From the NCBI GenBank assembly GCA_963851265.1, contig CAWKNZ010000008.1, positions 96,001-160,000 on the forward strand: a stretch of 64,000 nucleotides of DNA, written 5' to 3'. Positions 29,901-39,859 of this stretch are shown in pieces. Each line of letters starts with the position of its first letter. The first letter of the stretch is position 1. Position numbers and translations under genes: made by a program. The DNA is from an uncultured Gemmatimonadales bacterium (lineage in GTDB: Bacteria; Gemmatimonadota; Gemmatimonadetes; Gemmatimonadales; Gemmatimonadaceae). Below the pieces are notes generated by a model. The model saw nothing but the letters and a program-made list of their open reading frames with translations. It was not told where the DNA came from and did not search any database.

Positions 29901-30209
29901 TTGGCCGTCGGTGACCGGCTTCCACGTCTGGCCGCCGTCGGTGGTCTTCCACAGCCCGCCGCCGACCGCGCCGAAGTAGTACTCGAGCGGGCGCTGCACG
30001 CTGCCGGCGGCCGCGATCGAGCGCCCGCCGCGGTTGGGACCGATGGAGCGCCACTGCATCCCGCGAAACTGGACGGAGTCGACCGCCGCGGGGAGCGGCG
30101 CGCGTTGGGCGAGGACCGGTCGCGCGAGGGTCGGGAGCGCGACGAGCAGGCAGGCGATCGCGGGGAGGCGCATGCGGGGCGTGGGCGGGCGGTGGGCGGT
30201 GCTGCGCAT
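26946..30209 (-). CDS. Secreted VPS10/sortilin-like BNR-repeat glycosyl hydrolase (paralog of 22219..25581)
   Basis: WRSIGPNRGGR, Asp-boxes, HGDNHDLWI, GAQQDN, ATHGR. Start is ATG 30209 or 30173. Confidence 0.88.
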   Translation of the reverse strand: MRSTAHRPPTPRMRLPAIACLLVALPTLARPVLAQRAPLPAAVDSVQFRGMQWRSIGPNRGGRSIAAAGSVQRPLEYYFGAVGGGLWKTTDGGQTWKPVTDGQLRSSSVGAVAVSESNPDVVYIGMGETCIRGNIMQGDGVYRSADGGKTWTHVGLAETQAISKIRVDPRNPDVVYVAAFGHPAGRNAERGVFKSTDGGQHWRRVLYRDDRTGAIDLSMDARDPNVLYAALWQAYRISYKMESGGPGSGLFKSTDGGEHWTELTRAPGMPTGVVGRIGVSVSPVDGRRVYAVVEAADGGVYRSDDAGASWRRTSEERKLRQRAFYYTHVTADPQVKDRVYVLNVNFFRSDDGGLHFDSTLAVPHGDNHDLWIAPNDNRRMIEANDGGGTVSVNAGATWTDQTFPTAQLYHVATTRHFPYHVCGAQQDNTTLCLPSNDWANLRGARSRTLGDWLYDVGGGESGYIAPDPRDPDVFYAGSQGALLTRYDRSNGQIRDVQVYPRFFSGEPASALPERWQWTYPIVFSPVDPRTLYTASQHLWRTRDEGQTWTRMSPDLTRADPATLGPTGGPITQDMNGPEIYGTIFTVAPSPRDANVIWTGSDDGLAHVTRDGGRTWTDVTPAGLPKFARVSLIDASPHAPGTAYLAAKNYLLDDRAPYLYRTHDFGRTWTKIVGGIRADDYVHAVREDPVRAGLLYAGTEHGIYVSWDDGANWRSLSLKLPDTQVSDVVVEGRDLVVATHGRSLYVLDDVTPIREARAASAPAAALQLFTPGVATRGVTEASIQYALARPADTVRVEILDRAGKVVRAYTGGGQYASDSAESRAAAERDSASLARRPAAEPSSAATRDTIMQPSGCETPRRRPAVARPTGRAGLNRFTWDLRYPGATKFECMVLWSASPEEGPLAVPGAYQVRVTAGGATETRPLAVRADPRLTGVTAADLQAQFALARQIRDRVSAANDAVLRIRRLRSQAADRAARANAPDVARAASAAAARLATVEEHLYQVRNRSGQDPLNFPIKLNNRLAALGRSVETGDARPTAAAYVVYRELSAELDRELRALDQVVAGDVAALNLAVVSHGLPPVTGAER

Positions 30210-30403
30210 TGTAGCGCCCCGTTCGCGGCGTGCACGCGCCGGAGACTCCGCGGGGAGGCGCCCTGCACACCCGAGATGCACACGGCGCGCATGCCGCCCC
30301 GGCTCGAGGCACCACCGGGATGCGCGCAGCGCGGGCAACGCCTGGCGACCGTGGATCCCGTCTCGAGAAACCTCTCAACGCATCGTTCGGCGGCACGTCC
30401 GCG

Positions 30404-30808
30404 TCAGATCGCCCTGGACGCCTGAAGCAGCATCCATGACGTGCCGAAGCGATCCCGCAGCATCGCGAAGCGATTCGCGAACGGCGTCCGCTCGAGCTTC
30501 ATGAATACTTCGCCACCGTCCGCGAGCACGGCGTACGTGCGATCCGCGTCCGCCTCGCTGTCGACGGACAGGGCGAGGTAGGCACTTCGCATCGGCTCGG
30601 CCGCCGGGATGTCCGCCCCCATCAGCACCGTCGTGCCGATTTCGAGCCGCGCGTGAAGGATCTTCTCGCCCCACTCGGCCGGGATCGCGGGGTTCGGCGT
30701 CTCCCCATGACGGACGAGACCGGTGATCCTGCCGCCAAGGTGTTGCTCGTAGAAGCGGAACGCCTCCTCACAGCAACCCCGATAGTTCACGTAGACGTCC
30801 AATCGCAT
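30404..30808 (-). CDS. VOC/PhnB family protein (integron cassette 5)
   Basis: YVNYRGCCEEAFRFY...ILHARL...LMGAD...FAMLRDRFGTSWML. Confidence 0.85.
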   Translation of the reverse strand: MRLDVYVNYRGCCEEAFRFYEQHLGGRITGLVRHGETPNPAIPAEWGEKILHARLEIGTTVLMGADIPAAEPMRSAYLALSVDSEADADRTYAVLADGGEVFMKLERTPFANRFAMLRDRFGTSWMLLQASRAI

Positions 30809-30885
30809 TTCGGCAGTTCGTGCGTGCGCGCGGTTCGAGGCCGTCGCGCCGTGCGTCCGATCGAGCGACAGCGGGCGGGGGTGCC

Positions 30886-31003
30886 GCCGACCCTCCAACC
30901 TCAGTTGCGAGCTTTCGGTGCGCAACCCCGGTTGCTCGTGATGCCGCCAAGGGCCGCGCTGCGGCGTCCCCGCATAAGCGACAGCTGCAGCGACTCGTGC
31001 GAC
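30886..31003 (-). other. Degenerate attC site after lysE
   Basis: GTCGCAC-gagtcg-CTGCAGCTGTC ... CGCAACTGAG-gttggag-GGTCGGC. Confidence 0.55.
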
Positions 31004-31013
31004 GTCGAGCGCC

Positions 31014-31640
31014 TCATCGCCGGCCGGCGACGGCCAGCCGCACGCCGAGCCCCACGAACAGCGCGCCCGTCGCGCGCTCCATCAGCCGCGCCGCTCGGCC
31101 GCTCCGCCGCAATCGGGCTGACGCGCGGCTGGCGCCGAGGGCGACGACCAGGTTGACGAGCGTGCCCGACGTGTCGAAGAGGAGCCCGAGCGCGAGAACC
31201 TGCAGAGCGGGGCTGCCACGGGCTGGGTCGACGAACTGCGGCAAAAAGGCCAGGAAGAACAGCGCGACCTTGGGGTTGAGTACGTTGGTCACCACCCCCT
31301 GCCGGAACACCGCCCAGCGCGACGCGGGCGCGAGCGCGCGCTCGGCGAGCCCCGACGGCCGTAGGAGTGCGCGCCCCCCGAGGTACACGAGGTAAGCCGC
31401 GCCGGCGAGCCGCACTGCGGCGTAGGCGACCGGCACCGCGGCGAGCAGCGCGACCAGGCCGCCCGCGACGAGCGCGATGTGCACGAGGGTGCCCATCGCG
31501 ATCCCAAGCGCCGAGGCGACGCCGGCCGGCCGGCCCTCCGACGCGCTCCGGGCGGCGACGTAGAGCATGTCGGGCCCGGGTGTCACGTTGAGCGCCAGCC
31601 CGGCCGCGAGAAACGGGAGTAGCGAGTGGAGTGGTAACAT
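31014..31640 (-). CDS. LysE/RhtB family translocator (integron cassette 4)
   Basis: TPGPDMLYV, GAAYLVYLG, QGVVTNVLNPKVALFFLAFLPQFV. Confidence 0.92.
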   Translation of the reverse strand: MLPLHSLLPFLAAGLALNVTPGPDMLYVAARSASEGRPAGVASALGIAMGTLVHIALVAGGLVALLAAVPVAYAAVRLAGAAYLVYLGGRALLRPSGLAERALAPASRWAVFRQGVVTNVLNPKVALFFLAFLPQFVDPARGSPALQVLALGLLFDTSGTLVNLVVALGASRASARLRRSGRAARLMERATGALFVGLGVRLAVAGRR

Positions 31641-31662
31641 TGGGACCGCGACTTGTGGTGAC

Positions 31663-31781
31663 GCCGAACGCCCGAGGTCGGTTTCCGGCTGTGGGCGGGC
31701 GACGAAGGCAGCGTGCGTCACCGCCGAGGGCGGGGCCGGAGCGTCCCTGCATACCCGGACAGCTTCAGCGCCTCGTTGGGC
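31663..31781 (-). other. attC site after the lipoprotein cassette
   Basis: GCCCAAC-gaggcg-CTGAAGCTGTC ... GTTCGGC. Confidence 0.65.
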
Positions 31782-31801
31782 GGCGGCGCGCCGATCCCGG
31801 G

Positions 31802-32194
31802 TTACGCCCCCGTGCAGTCCTCCGCCAACGCCGGACGAACTTCCAGCACCTCGCGAACGTCCAGCGCCCAAGCGCCTGGATGCGGGCCGAGTTGGATGTC
31901 GCCGTCCTGCGCGCGCGCCGCGCGCCAACGGACGTACAGGGGAGCACCCGGCGCAACCCCGTGCGCCGCCCGCGCGCTGTCGAGTTGCGGCCCGGCCCGA
32001 CCCTCGAGCGTCACCCACCACCGCGCGTCGGCGCGCGCCGCGCCGCAAGGTCGGAACCAAATGTCGCCGGACCCACTCGTGTAGTGCCCGCGATACTCGC
32101 GCGCGGGCAGCGCGGCCACGGACGGGCGACCATGTGTGCATCCGGCGAGAGCGAGAACCGCGGCAAGTGCGAACAGCGGGTGAGCGTCCCTCAT
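31802..32194 (-). CDS. Hypothetical lipoprotein (integron cassette 3)
   Basis: LAGC lipobox after a hydrophobic signal; flanked by attC-like sites. Confidence 0.65.
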   Translation of the reverse strand: MRDAHPLFALAAVLALAGCTHGRPSVAALPAREYRGHYTSGSGDIWFRPCGAARADARWWVTLEGRAGPQLDSARAAHGVAPGAPLYVRWRAARAQDGDIQLGPHPGAWALDVREVLEVRPALAEDCTGA

Positions 32195-32218
32195 GGGCGT
32201 GTGGGCGAGGAGATTGGG

Positions 32219-32328
32219 GGCGAACCGGCCGCGGCGCCGACCGGCCTGCTACGGGGCCGCAGCGCGCCGAGTGTTGACCGGGCCAAGAGCGACTGTGCAC
32301 ACCGGTCAGCTTCAACGATTCGTTCGGT
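32219..32328 (-). other. attC-like site after cassette 2
   Basis: ACCGAAC-gaatcg-TTGAAGCTGAC; the right end is degenerate. Confidence 0.55.
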
Positions 32329-32357
32329 GACACGCGCGGCGGCGGTCGCCCGCGCGT

Positions 32358-32750
32358 TCAGGGCCTGCGACGCCACGCATCGAGCTTCTCCTCGCCGTCC
32401 GGATCGCGCGGAGCCGTCCCCTGCGTCTTGGCCGCACGGCTGAGTTCCGCGCAAAACCCCACGCGTCGCCCGAACCCCACGTCGCCAGCGCCCGCGCTGA
32501 CACCGGCCGGCCACCCGCCGGCAGGTGCCACTACGGAGACAAATTCTACCCCCTCGTACGCGCGAGCGAACCGGTCCACGACCGTGTCGACCGGGAGCGG
32601 AGAGCGGTACACCGTCTACCACCAGTAGTCCTCGCTCGCGACGATCGCCGCGGGGCCGGGTGTCGGCACCGTCCGCGCGGGGGCACGGCAAGCCGCGGCC
32701 ATGCCGGATACTGCGGCCAGCGCAGCACGCCCAACGAATCGGCACGGCAT
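32358..32750 (-). pseudogene. Probable lipoprotein gene with an in-frame TAG (integron cassette 2)
   Basis: ATG 32750 MPCRFVGRAALAAVSGMAAAC...EDYWW*TVYRSPLP..., in frame with ORF 32358..32612. Confidence 0.45.
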
Positions 32751-32781
32751 GAGGATCGGGTTCGGACCGCGATTGGGTGTC

Positions 32782-32901
32782 ACCGAAGGCCCCAGCTCAG
32801 CTGCGGCGTCGTCCGAGCGCGACGCGGGTTGCGGGTGAGAGTGGCTGCGGAGGCGTCGGAGGGTCCCGGCGCACGCCGACCGCTGCAGCGCAACGTTAGG
32901 C
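32782..32901 (-). other. attC site after hicB
   Basis: GCCTAAC-gttgcg-CTGCAGCGG ... CCGCAGCTGAG-ctgggg-c CTTCGGT (degenerate R'). Confidence 0.7.
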
Positions 32902-32916
32902 GTCGGCTCGCCGGGC

Positions 32917-33132
32917 CTACGCCGCCACGTCCACGTACGCCGCCGCCGCGCTCGGGCGCGGGACGGGTTGTCCGTCCTCCCGCAGCCCGTCCAGGTGGAA
33001 CGCGATCGCCTCGCGCATCTCGCGCTCGACGTCCGCGCGCGAGCGACCCGTCGCCACGCACCCGGCCACGTCGGGCGAGTACGCCGAGAAGCCGGTCGCG
33101 GTCGGCTCGACGATGATCAGGTACCGGCTCAT
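32917..33132 (-). CDS. hicB: HicB family antitoxin
   Basis: MSRYLIIVEPTATGFSAYSPDVAGCVATG...MREAIAFHLDGLREDGQPVP; ATGA overlap with hicA. Confidence 0.9.
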   Translation of the reverse strand: MSRYLIIVEPTATGFSAYSPDVAGCVATGRSRADVEREMREAIAFHLDGLREDGQPVPRPSAAAAYVDVAA

Positions 33133-33335
33133 GGGTCCTCCGGGCCGGGCTCCTTCAGGCCGGCCTGCTTCAGGATGCTGTTGAGGGTGCCGGGCGCGAG
33201 GTCGTCGCCACCCGCCCCGGCCACCGTGACGAGCCCCGCCTTGCTCGGGTGCTTCTACTGGGCGTGGCTGCCCCGGGTCCGGGCGAGGTACCAGCCGTCG
33301 TCGGCCAGCAAGCGGAGCACGTCGCGCACCTCCAC
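33129..33335 (-). pseudogene. hicA: HicA mRNA interferase toxin with a premature TAG at 33255-33257
   Basis: VRDVLRLLADDGWYLARTRGSHAQ*KHPSKAGLVTVAG...DLAPGTLNSILKQAGL. Confidence 0.85.
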
Positions 33336-33728
33336 CGCCGAACGATGCCCCGGCGCCGGGCCGCGCGCAACAGCCCCGCCCGCCACTCCCCACAGCGCGC
33401 CGAGCGCGGGGAACGCAGGCTGCCGACGCGGTGACGATCGGAGACGCCTAACGCCGACCAAACAGGTCCGCGTACCAGCGCCAGCCCGGCGCGGCAGTCT
33501 GCCTATCGTGCGCCGGCGCGAGTGTAACACCCGCCCTCCCGGGCAACCAGCACCCGGCGAAACCATTGCAGCATCCTCCCATCGCCGGCCACCGTCAGTG
33601 CCCACCGGGCGGGGCCGGACTGGAAAGCGCAGCCCCGCACATCGCGCGCCCGCCACGGCCGGCCACACCGCCGAGCCGACCGGCCCGAGTGGGCACTTCC
33701 GAGTGGGCCGGCAGATCGCTCGGGCTGA

Positions 33729-33880
33729 TCACGCCGCGCCCTCCCGGTTCAGCAGGTGCGTGTAGCTCATCGTCGTCCGCACGACCCGGTGCCAGAGCAG
33801 CGCCCGCACGGTCCGGATCTCGTTACCAACCTTCATCGCGTGCGTGAGGAACGAGTGCCGGAGCGCGTGGCGAGTGCGGC
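33729..33880 (-). pseudogene. intI: Degenerate C-terminal remnant of an integron integrase (tyrosine recombinase)
   Basis: [42 protein letters not shown] aligns by eye to the IntI consensus HTLRHSFATHLLE.GYDIRTVQELLGH.DV.TTMIYTHVLNR. Confidence 0.75.
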
Positions 33881-34058
33881 GCATCGAGCGCGACTTGGGA
33901 GCGGAACAGGAGACCGGCCCGTTGGGGGCACGCCTAACAGATCCGCGTGACGCGGGCGCGGCGGCCCCGGCGGGCCGCGGGGCGCCGGCCCTGGCACTCT
34001 CGGCGCGATGCTCTACCCTTCCTGAAGTACGGCCACCTCCCCCGTTTTCCCCCGCCGC

Positions 34059-36785
<2,727 letters not shown>

Positions 36786-36873
36786 GCGCGGGAACGGCGG
36801 GGCAGACCTTCACAGGCCGGTCCCGCCCCCCCGGCCGGGCGGCGATCCCGGAACGCTCAGCGCACGAGCACCG

Positions 36874-37221
36874 CTACCACTTCGCGGCGGGGTTGTCGTC
36901 GACCCACTGCGAGTCGCCCTGCCCCGGGATCCACCCCGCGCCGCCCGCGACCGTCTCGAGCGCGGCGTCGTCCAGCTCGCCGTCCGTGCTCGCCGCCGGG
37001 CGCGCCGCCATCGGCAGCACGATCAGCGCGTCGGTATCGGCCCCGCGCTCGACGAACTTGATGCGGAAGCTGGTCGGGATCTCGACCCCGAACGTGTCGC
37101 GGATGGCCGCGTGCGGCGCGGCGAGAAGCCACTGGCGGAACTGCGCGTCGGTGGTGGCCCGGTCGAGCACCTGCTGCAGGCGCGGGTCGCGGGCGGGCTG
37201 GGCGTCGAAGGACTGGCTCAT
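36874..37221 (-). CDS. NHLP-leader RiPP precursor (core AGWIPGQGDSQWVDDNPAAKW)
   Basis: RATTDAQFRQWLL..P...I, KFVE, IVLP, ELDDAALETVAGG cleavage motif. Confidence 0.85.
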   Translation of the reverse strand: MSQSFDAQPARDPRLQQVLDRATTDAQFRQWLLAAPHAAIRDTFGVEIPTSFRIKFVERGADTDALIVLPMAARPAASTDGELDDAALETVAGGAGWIPGQGDSQWVDDNPAAKW

Positions 37222-37335
37222 GGTCGAACCTCTCGGGGACGAGGGGTGGTGGACGCGGCGGCGGTCGCCGCCGCGGGGAACACGGAGCCCGGTGCGGCTC
37301 CCGTGGTAGGCACGGACGGTCAGGTCGTTAGGCGG

Positions 37336-38568
37336 TCAGCCCGGGTGCAGCCCGGCGCGAGCCAGCTCGCGCCGGGCCGCGGCGTGCGCGGCGAGCAGGC
37401 GCCGCGGCGCGTCGACGGTGGTGAGCAGTTCGACGGGCGTGCGCGCGAGCGCGACGAGCACGTCGAGGCCGTCGCGCATCGGGTCGGCGGCGCGCGGGCG
37501 GGCGCGGTCGTACGCCTCGATCGCGCCCGCCGCGCGCGCGGCGGCGCGCGCCAGCACGGCGAACGCCGCGTCGGAGAGCGGCGGGGCACCGCGGTACGTG
37601 TGCAGCCGGCCGTCGGGGCGCACCGCGTCGCCTTCGAGCCCGAAGAAGCGGAGCGCCCACCCGGCGCGGTACGGCGCGCGCGCGCGCCCGTCGCCGGCGG
37701 TCATGCCGAGGTAGTCGGCGATGAGCTCGTCGTGGAGCGCGTTGCGCATCGTGCCGAACAGGCGCTTCGTCGCGTAGTGCGCACATTCGTGCTCCAACCG
37801 GATGCGCAGCGACCGGGACCGCCAGGCCGCGTCGTCGAGCCCGAACGCCGCCGCCGCGACGCCGCTGTACGGGCCGTCGCTCAGCAGGACGAAGCGGTCC
37901 TGGTACCGCTCGCGCTCGGCCACGAGCGCGGCGAACGCCGCGCGCCACCCCGCCTCGTCGTCGGCGCCGCGGGCCGCGGCCCAACGGCGTCGCTCCTCGC
38001 GCACGCGGCCCCAGTTGTTGTAGCCGGCGACCATGCACGCGCCCATCGCGGGCGCGATGACGTCGGGCTCGTTGCGGCGCGTGAGCGACCGGACGAGCCG
38101 TTCGAAGTCGGCGCGGGCGCCGGCGACCACGACGGGGAGCGGGCCGACCACGGTCTGGTGCACGAACAGGTGCACGCGCGCGGAGTCCGCGAACGCGGGC
38201 GCACGGTCGGGCGCGGGCGCGGCGCTTTCGTCACCGCGCCGCGTGGCCGCCAGGTACGCGGCACCCTCGCTCGCCCCCGCGGCGACCGGGAACCGCAGCT
38301 GCACCAGGTGGCGCGTGAGGCACGCGGCCGCGCCAGTCGCGTCTGCCTCGGCCGCGTACCCGGCCCACACCGCGGCCGAGGGTTCCGCGGCCAGCGGTAG
38401 CGCGGGCAGCGGCGCCGTGCCGAGCGGGCTGTTGTTGTAGGCGAGCAGCTCGGCGACGGTCGCGTCGTCGGCGCCGAGCGCCGCGAGGGCCGCGGCGCGC
38501 GCCGGCGTGTCGTCCGGCGCGGGCCTCCGCGCGGACGGGGTCGCGGTGGCCCCGGTGACGATCGGCAC
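37336..38568 (-). CDS. Uncharacterised HExxH protein (DUF7005-like)
   Basis: GYNNW, YQDRFVLLSDGPYS, IRLEHECAHY...RNALHDELIADY. Family assignment is from memory, not a search. Confidence 0.6.
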   Translation of the reverse strand: MPIVTGATATPSARRPAPDDTPARAAALAALGADDATVAELLAYNNSPLGTAPLPALPLAAEPSAAVWAGYAAEADATGAAACLTRHLVQLRFPVAAGASEGAAYLAATRRGDESAAPAPDRAPAFADSARVHLFVHQTVVGPLPVVVAGARADFERLVRSLTRRNEPDVIAPAMGACMVAGYNNWGRVREERRRWAAARGADDEAGWRAAFAALVAERERYQDRFVLLSDGPYSGVAAAAFGLDDAAWRSRSLRIRLEHECAHYATKRLFGTMRNALHDELIADYLGMTAGDGRARAPYRAGWALRFFGLEGDAVRPDGRLHTYRGAPPLSDAAFAVLARAAARAAGAIEAYDRARPRAADPMRDGLDVLVALARTPVELLTTVDAPRRLLAAHAAARRELARAGLHPG

Positions 38569-38569
38569 G

Positions 38570-39811
38570 TCAGTGCGCCACGGCCACGGTGGTCACGCCC
38601 CGGCCGGGGCGCGACGCCGACAGGTACTCGAACTGCCCGTTGCGCACCTGCAGCCGCACGATCGGCTTCTCGACCGGGTCCCCGCTCGCGTCGAAGTGGA
38701 ACGACCCGGTCACGCCGGCGTAGTGCGTCGAATCGCGGAGCGCGCGGGCGACGTCGTTAGGCGCGGCAGAATGGGCGCGTCCCATCGCCGCGGCGAGCAC
38801 GTGCACCGCGTCGTAGCCGCTCGCGCTGAACATGTCGGGCTCCTGGCCGTAGCGCGCGCGGAACGCCGCGCTGAAGCGCTGGACTTCGGGGCGCGGGTCG
38901 TGCGGGTGGAACATCGACGCGACCACCGTCCCCTCGGCGGCGCGGCCGGCGACGCGCACGAGCGCGTCCGCGTGCATCGCGTCGCCGCCGAGGATGGGCG
39001 CGGTGATCCCCTGGCGGCGCGCCTCGGCGACGAGCGCCCCGGCCGCGGGCACCTCGCCCGCGACGAACAGCGCGTCGAGGTCGCGCGCCTTCCACTCCGA
39101 GAGCGTGCGCTCGAAAGCGCGCCCCGAGACCTCGTCGGTCGGGTCGTACGCCTCGCGCACCTCGACCCCCACGCCCAACGCCTGTGCGCGGTCCTCGAAG
39201 GCGTTGGCGAGGCCGCGCCCGTACGAGTTGCGGACGTAGTACACGCCGATGCGACGGTAGCCCCTCTCGGCCGCGTACTCGGCCATCTGCTTGCCCACCG
39301 CGTCCTGCGTGAACGTGCCGCGGAAGACGTGGTCGAGACCCTGCGACGTCAGCGCGGGGTCGGTGCTCACGGGCGCGAAGAGCAGGAGCCCGTTCTGGTC
39401 GTAGATCGGCGCGGCGGGGACGGTCACGTACGACTCGAGGTGGCCGATCACGGCGACCACGTTCGCGCTGTCGGCAAGGCGCTGTGCGACGAGGCGGCCC
39501 TCGTCGACGCTCTCGTGGTCGTCGACGCGGATCACGCGGAGCCGGCGGCCGCCGACGCCGCCGGCGCGGTTGACCTCGTCGACGGCGAGGTCGACGCCCG
39601 GGCCGTAGCGGAAGTCGGGGCGCTCGGCCCACGGCCAGACCGCCGCGACGACCACGTCCCCCCGGCCGCTGGACGCTCCCGCGATGCGACGCTCGGCCGG
39701 CGACTGGCGCTGGCACGCCGCGCCGGCGGCGAGCGCGGCGGCGGTGAAGAGTGCGGTCAGGGCGCGCAGGCGCGGGGCGGCGGCGCGGGCGGGCGTGGCG
39801 GGGTGGCGCAT
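38570..39811 (-). CDS. Periplasmic ligand-binding lipoprotein (LivJ/branched-chain amino acid SBP family)
   Basis: AAC lipobox, LAVDEVNRAGGVGGR, VIGH..S, YGRGLA, GYDAV, GVTGSFHFD. Confidence 0.88.
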   Translation of the reverse strand: MRHPATPARAAAPRLRALTALFTAAALAAGAACQRQSPAERRIAGASSGRGDVVVAAVWPWAERPDFRYGPGVDLAVDEVNRAGGVGGRRLRVIRVDDHESVDEGRLVAQRLADSANVVAVIGHLESYVTVPAAPIYDQNGLLLFAPVSTDPALTSQGLDHVFRGTFTQDAVGKQMAEYAAERGYRRIGVYYVRNSYGRGLANAFEDRAQALGVGVEVREAYDPTDEVSGRAFERTLSEWKARDLDALFVAGEVPAAGALVAEARRQGITAPILGGDAMHADALVRVAGRAAEGTVVASMFHPHDPRPEVQRFSAAFRARYGQEPDMFSASGYDAVHVLAAAMGRAHSAAPNDVARALRDSTHYAGVTGSFHFDASGDPVEKPIVRLQVRNGQFEYLSASRPGRGVTTVAVAH

Positions 39812-39859
39812 GGGGACGGGCCTCGGGTGGGCGGCTTGGGTGGTCGAAGCGGTCGGGCG

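Larger units (their letters stand above)
30385..33880 (-). mobile_element. Decayed chromosomal integron with five gene cassettes
   Basis: intI remnant; attI-like G/TTAGGC at 33452; attC-like sites after each gene, with cassette ends complementary to each other. Confidence 0.75.

Noticed and set aside
37222..37335. A separate sigma54 promoter for the precursor at 36874
   Set aside because: No convincing GG-N10-GC with TT or UAS seen; probably co-transcribed with the export operon.
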